Shown piece by piece: positions 1-8,980 of a DNA stretch of 64,000 nucleotides (position 1 is its first letter; each line of letters starts with the position of its first letter). The notes under the pieces are model-generated. The model worked only from the letters and a program-made list of their open reading frames with translations, was not told the origin of the DNA and did not search any database. This stretch comes from Desulfobaccales bacterium (GTDB lineage Bacteria > Desulfobacterota > Desulfobaccia > Desulfobaccales > 0-14-0-80-60-11), in assembly GCA_052326585.1 (NCBI GenBank), contig JBKQLU010000048.1, positions 6,590-70,589 of the forward strand. Reading direction: 5' to 3'. The translations under genes and the position numbers were made by a program.

Positions 1-1
1 A

Positions 2-523
2 GTGCTGGCGGTGGTGGAGTGCAATAGCTGCTTCGCCGACGGCATCCAGGTGGTGTGCGGCTGCACCTTCGGCAACAACGGCCTGATCTTCAAAGATTTG
101 GGGAAGACGGCGGTGACCGTGGCCCGGCGCCGGGATGGGGCCGCGGTGCGCCTGGCGCTGCAGGCGGATTTCCGGGAGGGCATGTTTGCCCGCTACCCGG
201 TCCTGGGCCCGTTGTTTGACCAGGTGGTGGCCCAGGGCCGGGGCACTGACGCGGAGCGGCACCGTTTCCAGCACCTGTGGCAGGCGGTGGCCCGGCGGGA
301 GTTGCTGGAAGTACCCCTTGAGGAACAGTTTCGCATCCAGCATCTGCAGATGCCGGCGCCTGGCCCGGCCCCGCGGTTTGCGACGCTTGCCTGCAGCCGT
401 TGCGGCGACGGGGTGCTGGAGCCCCGGCTCCGGGTGCAAGCCGGCAGGATGCTCTGCCTGGATTGCGCCGGTGAACCGCACAATGTCCTCACCGGACAGG
501 GGATCGCCTGCGCGCAGAAATGA
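2..523 (+). CDS. FmdE-family (formylmethanofuran dehydrogenase subunit E-like) protein, 5'-truncated by window edge
   Basis: The ORF is open from the window start. It has the Cys-rich core 'CNSCFADGIQVVCGCTFGNNGL' typical of FmdE/FwdE domains. The C-terminus carries a CxxC...CxxC zinc ribbon (CSRCGD...CLDCAG). Confidence 0.6.
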   Translation: MLAVVECNSCFADGIQVVCGCTFGNNGLIFKDLGKTAVTVARRRDGAAVRLALQADFREGMFARYPVLGPLFDQVVAQGRGTDAERHRFQHLWQAVARRELLEVPLEEQFRIQHLQMPAPGPAPRFATLACSRCGDGVLEPRLRVQAGRMLCLDCAGEPHNVLTGQGIACAQK

Positions 524-555
524 GGCCGGCCATGGTGGGACGGGCGGCTCCTAAC

Positions 556-1131
556 TCAACTCGCAAACCCTCGCCAGCAGACGATCGCCATCCCCATGGC
601 CATGGCTACCGCGTAGGGAATTACCTCGGATTTTTCTCGGGCCGCGGGGGCCGGCGCGCCGCGGGGGCCGGCGTGGGGACGCAATAGCACCCAGCCCACC
701 AGAAAGTCCCAGCCCCGCTTGATTCGGCTCCAGAGCGCCCCCCGCCACCAGAGAACCAGAATCACCAGGAACACTCCCGAAAAGGCCATATAAGCAAAGA
801 GAAAAAGGGTCTGCCAGACTCCCAGCCATGTCCCCAGGGCAGCCAGGGCCTTGACATCCCCGGCCCCCATACCGCCTTTCAGATAGAAGGGGATTAGCAA
901 TGCGAAGCCCAAAACCATCCCCAAAAGTCCATCGGTCAATCCGGCCAGGCCGTTAAACCCCAACTGATAGCCCAACCCCGCCAAGGCGCAGCACAGGTTG
1001 AGGTAATTGGGAATACGCCTGGTCCTGGCATCGTTCCAGCCCATAACCAGTGCGAATAACAGCGGCAGGACCAGCTGCGGGTGAGTCTTGGAGAGAGTGA
1101 GGCCTATCAGATTCAGCCATTCGGGGCGCAT
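556..1131 (-). CDS. A24-family type IV prepilin peptidase (CpaA-like)
   Basis: ATG at 1131. The protein is polytopic. 'WNDARTRRIPN' and 'GGMGAGDVKALAALG' match the two Asp-containing active-site motifs of A24 prepilin peptidases. Confidence 0.65.
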   Translation of the reverse strand: MRPEWLNLIGLTLSKTHPQLVLPLLFALVMGWNDARTRRIPNYLNLCCALAGLGYQLGFNGLAGLTDGLLGMVLGFALLIPFYLKGGMGAGDVKALAALGTWLGVWQTLFLFAYMAFSGVFLVILVLWWRGALWSRIKRGWDFLVGWVLLRPHAGPRGAPAPAAREKSEVIPYAVAMAMGMAIVCWRGFAS

Positions 1132-1354
1132 GTCAGATCCTGATCAGTTGGCCGACGGCCATTTATTCCTATCGGCGCAGGTAAACGCTATATTAATATA
1201 AAAGCCTGCGGCTCTGAACCTGAAAATCTTATATCAAGATAGTCCGAAAGCATGATGCCGGCCGGATTGAATAGTATCAAAGGGCGGGGCCGGTGGCAAG
1301 GTTCGCAGCTATCGCGGCCAAAAATTCCAAAAAATTATAATTGTCGGGGCGCCC

Positions 1355-1384
1355 TTGAAATCCTGCGACAAATGTAGATAAAAT
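1355..1384 (+). promoter_or_regulatory. sigma-70-like promoter candidate (TTGAAA-18 nt-TAAAAT) upstream of the 1434 gene
   Basis: TTGAAA at 1355-1360 and TAAAAT at 1379-1384, in an AT-rich intergenic region about 50 nt before an SD (GGAGGAG) and the ATG at 1434. Confidence 0.3.
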
Positions 1385-1433
1385 ATTGTTAAGGAATCTG
1401 CCTTGCCATTCCGCGGTCAGGAAGGAGGAGATT

Positions 1434-2048
1434 ATGAAACGTCTGCTGCCACTAGTTTTAGGGGTGCTGCTCTTAGTCGGCAATAGTTCCGGGGTCCTGG
1501 CGGCAAGCGCCAAGGCCCTGGCCCAGCGTCAAGCTCAGGGGCTGATCCCCTTCAACCCGCCCGAGAAGTTCCTGGACGGAAATTTCGTGGCCGATGAACT
1601 GAACCCCTCATTTATTTTCGGTCCGGTGAAAACCTTTGTCGCCTCTCGCAAATGTCCCACCGCCTGGCTTATCGAAAAGGGGGACCCTGATCGCCTGGCC
1701 AAGCCGGGCAGCGCCGATAAGCTGGCGGAGTACACCCTCTATCTGGAGGAGGACTGCCCGGATAAAGTGGTCTATTATGTCTTCATTGACCAGAGCGGCC
1801 TGACCCCCCAGCAGTGGATCGACTGGCGGGCAAAATTCCACGGGCAGAGCAAGACGGGACCTGAGTTTTCCGAGACCAAATCCAAACTGGATACAGCCTG
1901 CACCGCGGGTTGCGGGGTAGGCGCCGAGTTGCGTTTTATCGAAAAAGACGGGGAACTCCAGTCCAAATCTCCGGAAGCAGTTCTGCGGGATGAACTGCAC
2001 TTTGCCCCGATCTATGATCTGAACCGGCAGCAGAAGATGGCCCAATAG
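1434..2048 (+). CDS. exported hypothetical protein (signal peptide, 6 Cys)
   Basis: ATG at 1434 is preceded by GGAGGAG. The N-terminus 'MKRLLPLVLGVLLLVGNSSGVLAASA' is a signal peptide. I recognised no family motif. Confidence 0.6.
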   Translation: MKRLLPLVLGVLLLVGNSSGVLAASAKALAQRQAQGLIPFNPPEKFLDGNFVADELNPSFIFGPVKTFVASRKCPTAWLIEKGDPDRLAKPGSADKLAEYTLYLEEDCPDKVVYYVFIDQSGLTPQQWIDWRAKFHGQSKTGPEFSETKSKLDTACTAGCGVGAELRFIEKDGELQSKSPEAVLRDELHFAPIYDLNRQQKMAQ

Positions 2049-2069
2049 CGCTGCCCCAGCGGAAGCTTT

Positions 2070-3086
2070 ATGGCACAAAGGAGAACCAAGGTGGGTGCGG
2101 TGCAGAAGCGGACCGGCTACGGCATTATAGCCCTGCTGGGCTTGATCACTATCTGGCTGCTGTTTCAACAGGCCCGCTTCAACCCCGCGGTGCTCGTGGC
2201 CCTGCACCAGCCCCCGCCGCCAGGCCGGGCCCAGGCCGTCTCCGGCCAGGCCTTGCCGGCCACCGCCGCCCTGCTCCCCGAAGTCCCGGGCTTCAATCCC
2301 CTGGCCCCCATCGAGAGCTACGGCCCGGAAACCCTCTCCGACAAGATCGACGGCAAGGCTGATCTCTACCTGCCCGCGGGCTTCAAAGAGATGTCCTGCC
2401 GGAAATTCGGCCTGGATACCGGCGCCGAGAAGGCCTTCGTGGAAGTGTTTATCTATGATATGGGGTCGGCCGCCAATACCTTTGCCGTGTTCAGTGGACA
2501 ACGCCGTCCGGGTTCCCCCAGCATCCCCCTGACCGCCAATGCCTACGCCACCAGCAATGCCCTCTTTTTTACCCAGGGGCGTTATTATCTGGAGATTGTG
2601 GCTGACCGGGCCTCGGAAAAGCTGTCAGACGCACTTAAGGCATATGCCACCGCGCTCCTGGCCAAGATTCCCTCTGAGGGAGGACAGGCAAACCCGGCGT
2701 TGCTTTTTCCCAAGGAAGGTCTGGCGCCGGACACCGTGCGCCTGTTGGCCAGCGACGTCTTTTCCATGGAGGGCTTCAACGACGTGCTTACCGCAGAATA
2801 CCACCTGAAAAGCGGCAACGGCACGGCATTTATCGCCAGGCGCGGCGCCCCGGCCGAGGCCCGGGCCGAGGCGCGGCGTTATCTGGACTTCTTGGCCGCC
2901 AATGGTTACCAGAAAGTTCAGACTCCGGCCGCGGCCGGGGACATCTCGGTGCTGGCCCTGGATAATTCCTTTGAAGTGGTCTGGGTCCAGGGCCCGATCA
3001 TGGCCGGGGTGCATGACGCCACCTCGGTTCAGGCGGCCCTGGATCTCACCGCCCAATTGCGCCCCGCTCTCGAGGAAAAGCCGTGA
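2070..3086 (+). CDS. membrane-anchored hypothetical protein (single N-terminal TM helix, periplasmic body)
   Basis: TM segment 'GYGIIALLGLITIWLLF'. The stop overlaps the next gene's GTG (GTGA at 3083-3086). An alternative GTG start at 2091 has an AAGGAG SD. Confidence 0.6.
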   Translation: MAQRRTKVGAVQKRTGYGIIALLGLITIWLLFQQARFNPAVLVALHQPPPPGRAQAVSGQALPATAALLPEVPGFNPLAPIESYGPETLSDKIDGKADLYLPAGFKEMSCRKFGLDTGAEKAFVEVFIYDMGSAANTFAVFSGQRRPGSPSIPLTANAYATSNALFFTQGRYYLEIVADRASEKLSDALKAYATALLAKIPSEGGQANPALLFPKEGLAPDTVRLLASDVFSMEGFNDVLTAEYHLKSGNGTAFIARRGAPAEARAEARRYLDFLAANGYQKVQTPAAAGDISVLALDNSFEVVWVQGPIMAGVHDATSVQAALDLTAQLRPALEEKP

Positions 3087-4105
3087 AGCAACCCACGGAT
3101 GAAGAACGCCGGCTCTCCGGCGCCATGAACCGCCGGGATTTTCTGAAGCGCTTGGGGTACGCCTCGGTGGTGGCCCTGGCAGCCGGTGGCGGCGGACTGG
3201 CCCTTTATGACTCGAAAGGTCCGGCCTCTTCCGGGGCCCAGACGGTGTTGACCGGTTTGGGAGATTACAGCCTCCGGGGCAAATCTCCTGGGCCGGGGAA
3301 AATGGCCATCATCCGGGGCACTGACCGGGCGCTGATGTTCGAGCAGGGGGTGAAGGCCCTGGGAGGAATGGAGTCCTTTATCCAGAAGGGCGACCGGGTG
3401 CTCATCAAGGTCAACGCCGCCTTCGCCACGCCGCCCTCCTTAGGGGCCACCACCCACCCGGAAATACTCGCCGCGGTGGCCGGCCTCTCTATTAAGGCCG
3501 GGGCGGCCCAGGTGCTGGTTACCGATAACTCCATAAGCGATCCCGACAGTTGCTTCGAGATCAGCGGGCTGGCCGGCGCGGCTCGAACTGCCGGGGCCCG
3601 GATCATTGTCCCCCGGCCCTCCCTGTTTGCCCCCGTCAGCCTGCCAAAGGGCAAGCTTATCGAGGATTGGCCCGTTATGGCCGGGGTCTTCCAGGGAGTG
3701 ACCAAGGTCATGGTGGTGAGCCCGGTCAAGGATCACCACCGCGCCGGGGCCTCCATGATCCTGAAGAATTATTACGGATTCCTGGGCGGACGGCGCAACG
3801 TCTTTCACCAGGATATTAACGGCATCATCACCGAGCTGGCGCAACTTATGAAGCCCACTCTGTGCGTCCTGGACGGCACGGTGAGCATGATCGCCAACGG
3901 CCCCACCGGCGGTTCCCTGGCCGATTTGAAGGAGACTGGCACCATGGTGGTGTCCACCGACCCCGTGGCCGCCGATGCCGTAGGCGTGGAACTTTTGGGC
4001 CGTTCCCTGGCCGACGTGCCTTACATCCTCATGGCTGGCAAAGCCGGGGCCGGCCAGGCCGACTATCACCAGCTCAACCCGGTGCTTCTCAACGCTAGCA
4101 CTTAA
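3083..4105 (+). CDS. DUF362 domain protein with twin-arginine (Tat) signal
   Basis: 'MNRRDFLKRLGYASVVALAAGGGG' carries the Tat motif RRxFLK. 'GDRVLIKVNAAF...ATTHPEILAAV...AAQVLVTDNS' resembles the DUF362 core. The start could instead be the ATG at 3125. Confidence 0.65.
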   Translation: MKQPTDEERRLSGAMNRRDFLKRLGYASVVALAAGGGGLALYDSKGPASSGAQTVLTGLGDYSLRGKSPGPGKMAIIRGTDRALMFEQGVKALGGMESFIQKGDRVLIKVNAAFATPPSLGATTHPEILAAVAGLSIKAGAAQVLVTDNSISDPDSCFEISGLAGAARTAGARIIVPRPSLFAPVSLPKGKLIEDWPVMAGVFQGVTKVMVVSPVKDHHRAGASMILKNYYGFLGGRRNVFHQDINGIITELAQLMKPTLCVLDGTVSMIANGPTGGSLADLKETGTMVVSTDPVAADAVGVELLGRSLADVPYILMAGKAGAGQADYHQLNPVLLNAST

Positions 4106-4152
4106 GATAGTGCATACCTCATACACATATAAGGATTATAAATTAGGACAAA

Positions 4153-5373
4153 ATGACCAATCGAGTGACACTTGAGTGTGATTCATGTGGGACAAGGATA
4201 ATTACTAGGACTCAGATTGGATGGGGTGACTCCCAGATACACTCATTTCCATGTCCTGTCTGTGGCATAGGGATCACGTACAAGGTAATACTCGATCAAA
4301 AAAAAATTACTGTTAAATATGATCCCAAACCTGAGAATGCACATTGGGTCGATTCTGAAATCGGCGCTAATCATGTGGTTAATTTTAATGCTGAGTTACT
4401 AATACCTGAGTACGCAATAACGCATCCATTTTTAAGTTCATTTATTTCTGTTTGTCATCATTTCAAAAATTGGCCACATTTTCAACGTCAAGAATTGGCT
4501 AGGTTAAATTGGCGAAAAAATATTTGGCCCATTACAAAACGCTTACCAATACACTTTGAAAAAGGCAATTGGAAGTTATTTGATTCTGATGCCGCCAAAA
4601 TTGGCGAGTCAACCAAAGAAAATTCAATCATATCTCGCTTAGAGCTACTAAGGCATATTTACGATGTTCCCATCTCTTGGATGCTTTACCCTGATTTTTC
4701 TCGTCGCTCAAGAATAAGCCAGCGTATTGCTTTGGCTTCATCAATATCTGTGACTCTTATGAACCAGATTAGCTCTGATTTTAATGCATCTGGGCGTTTG
4801 AAGGAGATTTGGCGGCAACTTCAGCATTTTCATGATTCTTTCGTGAATTGCTTTCCATATTTGAGCCCTCTTCTTCAGCCAAAGATTTATTGGGGGGGAA
4901 AAGGCAATTTAGTTGACTATGTGGTCTGTGATAAACGTTTTGGTCCTTTAAAAAATTTTTATATTGAATGCTTTGAAACTTTTTGTCGTTTATCTGTAAT
5001 TGCATCATCTATTGAAGCAATTATATTCTATCAAAAATTAGAAATACCCACTAAAAAGGGTAGTCTTGATTTATGGTCCTTTGAAAAACTGCCTAATGCA
5101 AATAAGGGTAAGCATTTAATTAAATTCCCTATTGCTGACCTTTTTGTATCTTTTATGGATACCTCATTGCGTAATGGAATAGGACACAATTCCGCAAAAT
5201 ATGACTCTTCAAATGATGAAGTGGTGTGCATTCAACAATCTGGTAGTGCATTGATTGAGGAAAGAATACACTATACAATTTTTTGCGATAAAGTTTTGGA
5301 ACTCGCGTCGGTCCTTTTTCATAGTGAAGAATATTTTTTCACTTTATTAACAAATGCCGGCGGTATCTTGTAA
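4153..5373 (+). CDS. orphan zinc-ribbon protein with C-terminal HEPN-like RNxxxH motif (putative RNase toxin or defence protein)
   Basis: A 406-aa ORF fills an AT-rich insert (hand counts 23-47% G+C per 60 nt). The N-terminus has C9xxC12...C34xxC37. 'SLR340NGIGH345N' matches the HEPN Rx4-6H signature with Asn after Arg, and the motif lies in the C-terminal part of the protein (R340 of 406 aa). A weaker second match is 'R221QLQHFH227'. The ORF is clearly coding. The function is inferred. Confidence 0.7.
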   Translation: MTNRVTLECDSCGTRIITRTQIGWGDSQIHSFPCPVCGIGITYKVILDQKKITVKYDPKPENAHWVDSEIGANHVVNFNAELLIPEYAITHPFLSSFISVCHHFKNWPHFQRQELARLNWRKNIWPITKRLPIHFEKGNWKLFDSDAAKIGESTKENSIISRLELLRHIYDVPISWMLYPDFSRRSRISQRIALASSISVTLMNQISSDFNASGRLKEIWRQLQHFHDSFVNCFPYLSPLLQPKIYWGGKGNLVDYVVCDKRFGPLKNFYIECFETFCRLSVIASSIEAIIFYQKLEIPTKKGSLDLWSFEKLPNANKGKHLIKFPIADLFVSFMDTSLRNGIGHNSAKYDSSNDEVVCIQQSGSALIEERIHYTIFCDKVLELASVLFHSEEYFFTLLTNAGGIL

Positions 5374-5397
5374 GGGATATCCCATAGGCCAAAGTTC

Positions 5398-7134
5398 ATG
5401 CGCATCGTCACCGTCCGCCGCATCAGCCAGATCTTCTTCCTGGGACTCTTTCTCTGGTTCTGCATCACGGCCACCCTGGGGACCGCCTGGTGGCAGTTGC
5501 GGGGCTGGCCCATCAACTGGATACTGAGCCTGGACCCCCTTACCGCTCTGGCCACCATTCTCGCCACGCACACCTTCTACGCGCCCCTCACCTGGGCCCT
5601 GGCAGCCGCCATTCTGACCCTGTTCGTGGGCCGCTTCTTCTGCGGATTTGCCTGCCCCATGGGCACGATCAACCATTTTACCGGCTGGCTGGGGCGGCTG
5701 GGCCAGAACCCGGCGGCGCGGGAGGAGGCCAATCGCCACCGCCGGCTGCAGGCCTGCAAATATTACCTCTTGATCGCCCTGCTGGGACTGGCCTGCCTGG
5801 GCTCGGTGCAGACCGGAATTTTTGACCCGCTGCCCCTGGTGCACCGCAGCGTCAACCTGGCCCTGGCCCCCTTAGCCGATAACCGTCTGGGGGTGCTCAA
5901 CGACGTGCCCCGCTTTTACGCCTCGGCCTGGCTGCTGGGGGTCGTATTCCTGGCGGCGGTGGGCTTGAACCTGGCCCTGCCGCGCTTCTTCTGCCGCTTT
6001 CTCTGTCCCCTGGGGGCATTGTTCGGCCTGCTGAGCCGTTTCACGCCCTGGCGCATCGGCAAGGCCGCGGGCAACTGCGGCGATTGCCATATCTGTGAGC
6101 AATACTGCGAAGGGGCCTGCCGTCCCTCGGGAAGATTCATCGGCAGCGAGTGCGTCTTGTGCTTTAATTGCCTGGACCGCTGCCCGGCCGGCCGGGTCAC
6201 CTTTGCCACCAAACCCTCGGCTGCCGGGGAGGCCGGGTTGCCGGACCTCTCCAGGCGCGGCATGGTTCTGGGCGGGGCCGGCCTGCTGCTGGCCTCCATG
6301 TGGGGCGTCGGCCGGCTGGCCGGGACCGACCGCGATCCCCACCTCATCCGGCCTCCGGGGGCCCTGGACGAAGAGCGCTTCTTAAGCCGTTGCCTCCGTT
6401 GTGGCCAATGCATGCGCATTTGCCCCGGCAACATCATCCAGCCCGCCCTGTTCGAGGCCGGGGTGCAGGGGTTGTGGACCCCCGCGGTCAACTACCGGAT
6501 CGGCAGCAGCGGCTGCCTCGTCAATTGCATCGCCTGCGGCCAGGTCTGCCCCACTGCGGCCATCCGGCCCTTGAGTCTGGATGAGAAGAAAGGACTGGGC
6601 CAGTTCGCCAGCCAAGGGCCCATCCGTATGGGCATAGCCTTCGTGGACCGCGGCTGCTGCCTGCCCTGGGCCATGGACCGGCCTTGCCTGGTCTGCCAGG
6701 AATTATGTCCCGTGAGCCCCAAGGCCATCTTCACCCGCACCGTGTTCAACACCCTCAGGGACGGCCAGGCTGTGGCGGCCAAGTCCCGGGGACCCGCAGC
6801 AGTGGACCTGGAAGCCGCCATCCCGGTGACGGTTAATCTGGCCAGCGGAGACTACTACCTGCGCCCCACCGGCGACCTTGAGGCTGCCCTGAGACGCATT
6901 ACCGGCTCTGCCGGAACCAATCTGACCCTGGAGAGCCCCCTGCCCGGGAAGGGTCTTCCGGACACCGGGGGGCGGGTAGATATTTTGGTGCGCTTGCAGC
7001 GTCCTTTTGTGGACGCCGCCAAATGTACCGGCTGCGGCATGTGCGAGCATGAATGCCCGATATCGGGCCGGCGCGCCATCCGTGTTTACAGTGAGAACGA
7101 ATCCCGTTCCCGCCCGGGGCGCATGCTCATTTAG
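5398..7134 (+). CDS. membrane-bound polyferredoxin (NapH/MauN-like N-terminal domain plus multiple 4Fe-4S domains)
   Basis: N-terminal TM helices carry the CX3CP motifs 'CGFACPMG' and 'CRFLCPLG'. Six or more CxxCxxCxxxCP-type clusters follow (CLRCGQCMRICP, CIACGQVCP, CLVCQELCP, CTGCGMCEHECP and others). Confidence 0.8.
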   Translation: MRIVTVRRISQIFFLGLFLWFCITATLGTAWWQLRGWPINWILSLDPLTALATILATHTFYAPLTWALAAAILTLFVGRFFCGFACPMGTINHFTGWLGRLGQNPAAREEANRHRRLQACKYYLLIALLGLACLGSVQTGIFDPLPLVHRSVNLALAPLADNRLGVLNDVPRFYASAWLLGVVFLAAVGLNLALPRFFCRFLCPLGALFGLLSRFTPWRIGKAAGNCGDCHICEQYCEGACRPSGRFIGSECVLCFNCLDRCPAGRVTFATKPSAAGEAGLPDLSRRGMVLGGAGLLLASMWGVGRLAGTDRDPHLIRPPGALDEERFLSRCLRCGQCMRICPGNIIQPALFEAGVQGLWTPAVNYRIGSSGCLVNCIACGQVCPTAAIRPLSLDEKKGLGQFASQGPIRMGIAFVDRGCCLPWAMDRPCLVCQELCPVSPKAIFTRTVFNTLRDGQAVAAKSRGPAAVDLEAAIPVTVNLASGDYYLRPTGDLEAALRRITGSAGTNLTLESPLPGKGLPDTGGRVDILVRLQRPFVDAAKCTGCGMCEHECPISGRRAIRVYSENESRSRPGRMLI

Positions 7135-7166
7135 ACTGTGCCCGGAGCCCTTAGGAGGGGGCCATC

Positions 7167-8408
7167 ATGAGCCGTAGAACTAAAGGAACCGACCTTACCC
7201 GCAGGCAGTTCGTGACCACCGTCGGCCTCGCCGGCCTCGCCGGCCTCGCCGTCGCAGGAGCCGGCGCCACCGGAGCGCTTGCCGCCCCGGAGCCGCCGGC
7301 TGGAGCGGCCCAGGCCGAGACCATGCCCAAACGCCAACTGGGAAAGACCGGGGTGGACGTATCTGTCCTGGCCCTGGGCGGCATGATTGACACCATCAAC
7401 AACCAACTGCTCCTCAGGCAGGCCCTGAAATTGGGCATCACCTACTGGGACACGGCCGAGTCCTACGGCAACGGCCTGGGCGAGGAAGGCTACGGCCGCT
7501 TCCTGGCCCGCAACCCGGAGGCTCGCAAGGAGATCTTCCTGGTCACCAAGCTTCACCCCACTAGCGACCTCGCCGCGCGCCTGGATAGCTCTCTGAAGAG
7601 GCTGCAAACCAACTATGTGGATGCCTTATTCGTCCCCCACGGCCTCGCGGACATCGGAGAACTGACGCCGGCTATCAAGGATTTTGCCGCGGAGATGAAG
7701 AAGGCCGGCAAGATTAAATTCTTCGGGTTCAGCAGCCACAGCAACATGGCGGACAATCTGCTGGGCGCGGCCAAACTGGGCTGGATCGATGTGGTGATGA
7801 TGACCTACAATTTCCAGTTCTTGAACGACCCCAAGATGAAAGAAGCCATCGACGCCGCGGCCAAAGCCGGTATCGGGCTGGTGGCCATGAAGTCTCAGGC
7901 CGGCAGGCCGGGGAAGCATGAAATCGGCGACAAGGTCAAGGAAGAAATGATCCAGAGCTTCCTGCAGCGGGGCTTCACCGACAAGCAGGCCAAACTCAAG
8001 GTCATATGGGAGACCCCCCAAATCGCCAGTCTCTGCTCCCAGATGCCCAACCTGACCATCCTTTCGGCCAACGTGGCCGCGGCCCGGGACCTGACCAAAC
8101 TGGCCCGGGAGGACCTGGAATCCTTGCGCCGCTATGCCCTGGAGACGAAATCAGAATACTGCGCCGGCTGCGGCAAAATCTGCCAGGAGGCCCTGGGCGG
8201 GGCCGTACCCGTAAACGAGGTCATGCGCTGCCTCATGTACTACCGGGAGTACGGCGAGCCGGAACTGGCCAAACTGACCTTTGCGGGGCTGCACCCGGAG
8301 CTGCGGCAGCGCTTGGCCGAAGTCGATTACTCCCGGGCCGAGCAAGCCTGCCCCCAGGGACTGGCCATCGGCGAGCTCATGCGCCAGGCCCGCGAATTAT
8401 TGGCTTAG
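7167..8408 (+). CDS. aldo/keto reductase with Tat signal peptide and Cys-containing C-terminal extension
   Basis: Tat motif 'TRRQFVTTVGLAGLAGLAVAG'. AKR core 'GITYWDTAESYGNGLGEEGYGRFL'. C-terminal 'CAGCGKICQE...RCLMYYREYGE'. Confidence 0.8.
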   Translation: MSRRTKGTDLTRRQFVTTVGLAGLAGLAVAGAGATGALAAPEPPAGAAQAETMPKRQLGKTGVDVSVLALGGMIDTINNQLLLRQALKLGITYWDTAESYGNGLGEEGYGRFLARNPEARKEIFLVTKLHPTSDLAARLDSSLKRLQTNYVDALFVPHGLADIGELTPAIKDFAAEMKKAGKIKFFGFSSHSNMADNLLGAAKLGWIDVVMMTYNFQFLNDPKMKEAIDAAAKAGIGLVAMKSQAGRPGKHEIGDKVKEEMIQSFLQRGFTDKQAKLKVIWETPQIASLCSQMPNLTILSANVAAARDLTKLAREDLESLRRYALETKSEYCAGCGKICQEALGGAVPVNEVMRCLMYYREYGEPELAKLTFAGLHPELRQRLAEVDYSRAEQACPQGLAIGELMRQARELLA

Positions 8409-8419
8409 AACCATTTCTT

Positions 8420-8488
8420 GTCATTCTGAAGGGGCGGAGGCGACTGGAGAATCTTTAAATACGGGCGCTTCGCTGCGCTCAGGATGAC
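8420..8488. repeat. GTCATTCTGA...TCAGGATGAC inverted-repeat element (copy 1)
   Basis: The arms 'gtcattctgaag' and 'ctcaggatgac' are reverse complements and enclose GC-rich 'cgcttcgctgcgctc'. A related copy lies at 55129-55190. Confidence 0.6.
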
Positions 8489-8500
8489 AAAAGATGCAGA

Positions 8501-8516
8501 GTGGGCTCGAGCCCAC
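8501..8516. repeat. perfect 16-nt palindrome GTGGGCTCGAGCCCAC
   Basis: Read directly from the sequence, within the gene-free stretch 8409-8980. Confidence 0.6.
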
Positions 8517-8980
8517 CACTTTTCGAGTCAAAGGATAACCTGGGGTTGGGGGCGCCCACTCCATCTTTGCGTCTTTTGAAGGCTGAGGAGATGGCCGCTT
8601 CGGATAAAACCGGGGCGGCCATTTTCGTTCCATGGTCAGCGCCGCGTTTGACCGGGGCCGCGGCCAGACCCACCTCACCCCGCAAAATTAATCTGAGACC
8701 TAAAGTATTCGCTGGAATAAGCCGAATATCCAGCCTACGGGAGGTTCTCTTACGAACGGAGGGGAGCGCAGGCCTGGCAGCATCAGCATCTGACTGGAAT
8801 AACTACCGATTGTCGATTTCCTTTGCTTTTCAAGAAGTTAATTGGTATAGTGTATGAAATCTCAGCAGTCAGGCAGGGTAACCTGCTGACTCGCGCCTGT
8901 GAAACCGGATCTCCTTCTCGAGCTCGTGCCCCTTTAAATCACCACTGATTTCACCAAGTTCCGCAGGAGGTAATCTAACC

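Noticed and set aside
1392-1407. sigma-54-like element AGGAAT-CTGCC-TTGCC upstream of the 1434 gene
   Set aside because: The GG/GC spacing is right, but the -24 box matches only at GG. A good sigma-70 TTGAAA-18-TAAAAT promoter lies just upstream and explains expression more simply.
4101-5374. Imperfect inverted repeat at the junctions of the AT-rich insert (CTTAAGATA vs TATCTTgtAAG), a possible TIR
   Set aside because: It is only 9 matching bases with a 2-nt gap in AT-rich sequence, and both copies overlap stop codons. That is within chance expectation. It is mentioned in the finding but not called as a feature.
7224-7250. Threefold tandem 9-nt repeat (GGCCTCGCC x3), checked as a possible array or VNTR
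   Set aside because: It lies inside the AKR gene and encodes GLAGLAGLA in the hydrophobic core of the Tat signal peptide. It is not a CRISPR or regulatory repeat. No CRISPR-like repeat-spacer structure was seen anywhere in the window.
8693-8745. TPP-riboswitch-like words (CTGAGA ... CTGGAATAAGCC...CCAG...ACGGGA)
   Set aside because: Only fragments of the THI-box are present. The P2/P3 pairing partners (GGGG...ACCC) are missing and the P5 loop is oversized. The downstream gene, a lytic transglycosylase, is unrelated to thiamine. An Rfam scan would be needed to revive this idea.
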